From Octopus vulgaris (taxonomy: Eukaryota), in assembly GCA_951406725.2 (NCBI GenBank), contig OX597840.1, positions 14,074,001 to 14,138,000 of the forward strand: 64,000 nucleotides of DNA, written 5' to 3'. Each line of letters starts with the position of its first letter. The first letter of the stretch is position 1. Shown one piece after another: positions 63,590 through 64,000 of the stretch. The notes below the pieces were generated by a model. The model did no database searches. It was given only the letters and a program-made list of their open reading frames with translations, and was not told where the DNA came from. The translations under genes were made by a program, and so were the position numbers.

Positions 63590-63798
63590 ACTGTATATGT
63601 ACATGTATATATATGTATACTGTTTGTCTGTCTGTCAGTCTATCTATCTGTCTATGTATGTATGTATGCATGTATGTGTGTATGCATGTATGTGTGTATG
63701 TATCTATCTATCTATTTGTCTGCCTGTCAGTCTATCTGTCCATCCGTCCGTCTGTCCTTTCGTCTGTCTGTCTGCCTATCTATCTATCTATCTATCTA

Positions 63799-63835
<37 letters not shown>

Positions 63836-64000
63836 TTATCTGTCTGTCTGTCTGTCTGTCTATCTGCCTATCTATCTATCTATCTATCTATCCATCCGTC
63901 CATCCATTTAGCTATCTATCTGTCTATTAATCTGTCTCTTGACCTATTTGTCTGTCTGTCCGTCCGTCCGTCCATTTATCTACCTATTTGTTTATCAAGT
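63590..64000. repeat. (TCTA)/(TCTG)/(TCCG) tetranucleotide array
   Basis: Direct inspection. Confidence 0.95.

Overview
AT-rich, microsatellite-dense animal genomic DNA. By inference it is a coleoid cephalopod, probably Octopus, from the 5S rRNA-like sequence and the tRNA-derived SINE families. No intact host protein-coding gene can be supported, and nearly all long ORFs in the track are read-throughs of simple repeats. The window is mostly decayed transposons: a Helitron 3' end, a hAT element with a nested piggyBac, two mariner relics, several MITEs, RTE, R4/Dong, HERO, CRE and Penelope retroelement fragments, and more than 25 SINE copies. It also holds a 5S rRNA pseudogene and a tRNA-Glu pseudogene. 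The most notable structures are a minimal Penelope-type hammerhead ribozyme (44920-44957, minus), a ~1 kb nested SINE-MITE-SINE foldback (53.7-54.7 kb), a 5S copy abutting an R4/Dong (TAA)n tail, a 1.15 kb (TTC)n polypyrimidine tract, and an apparent CpG-decay boundary near 38 kb with a weak first-exon candidate at 56.7-56.8 kb. All calls were made by eye, so coordinates of degenerate elements are approximate.
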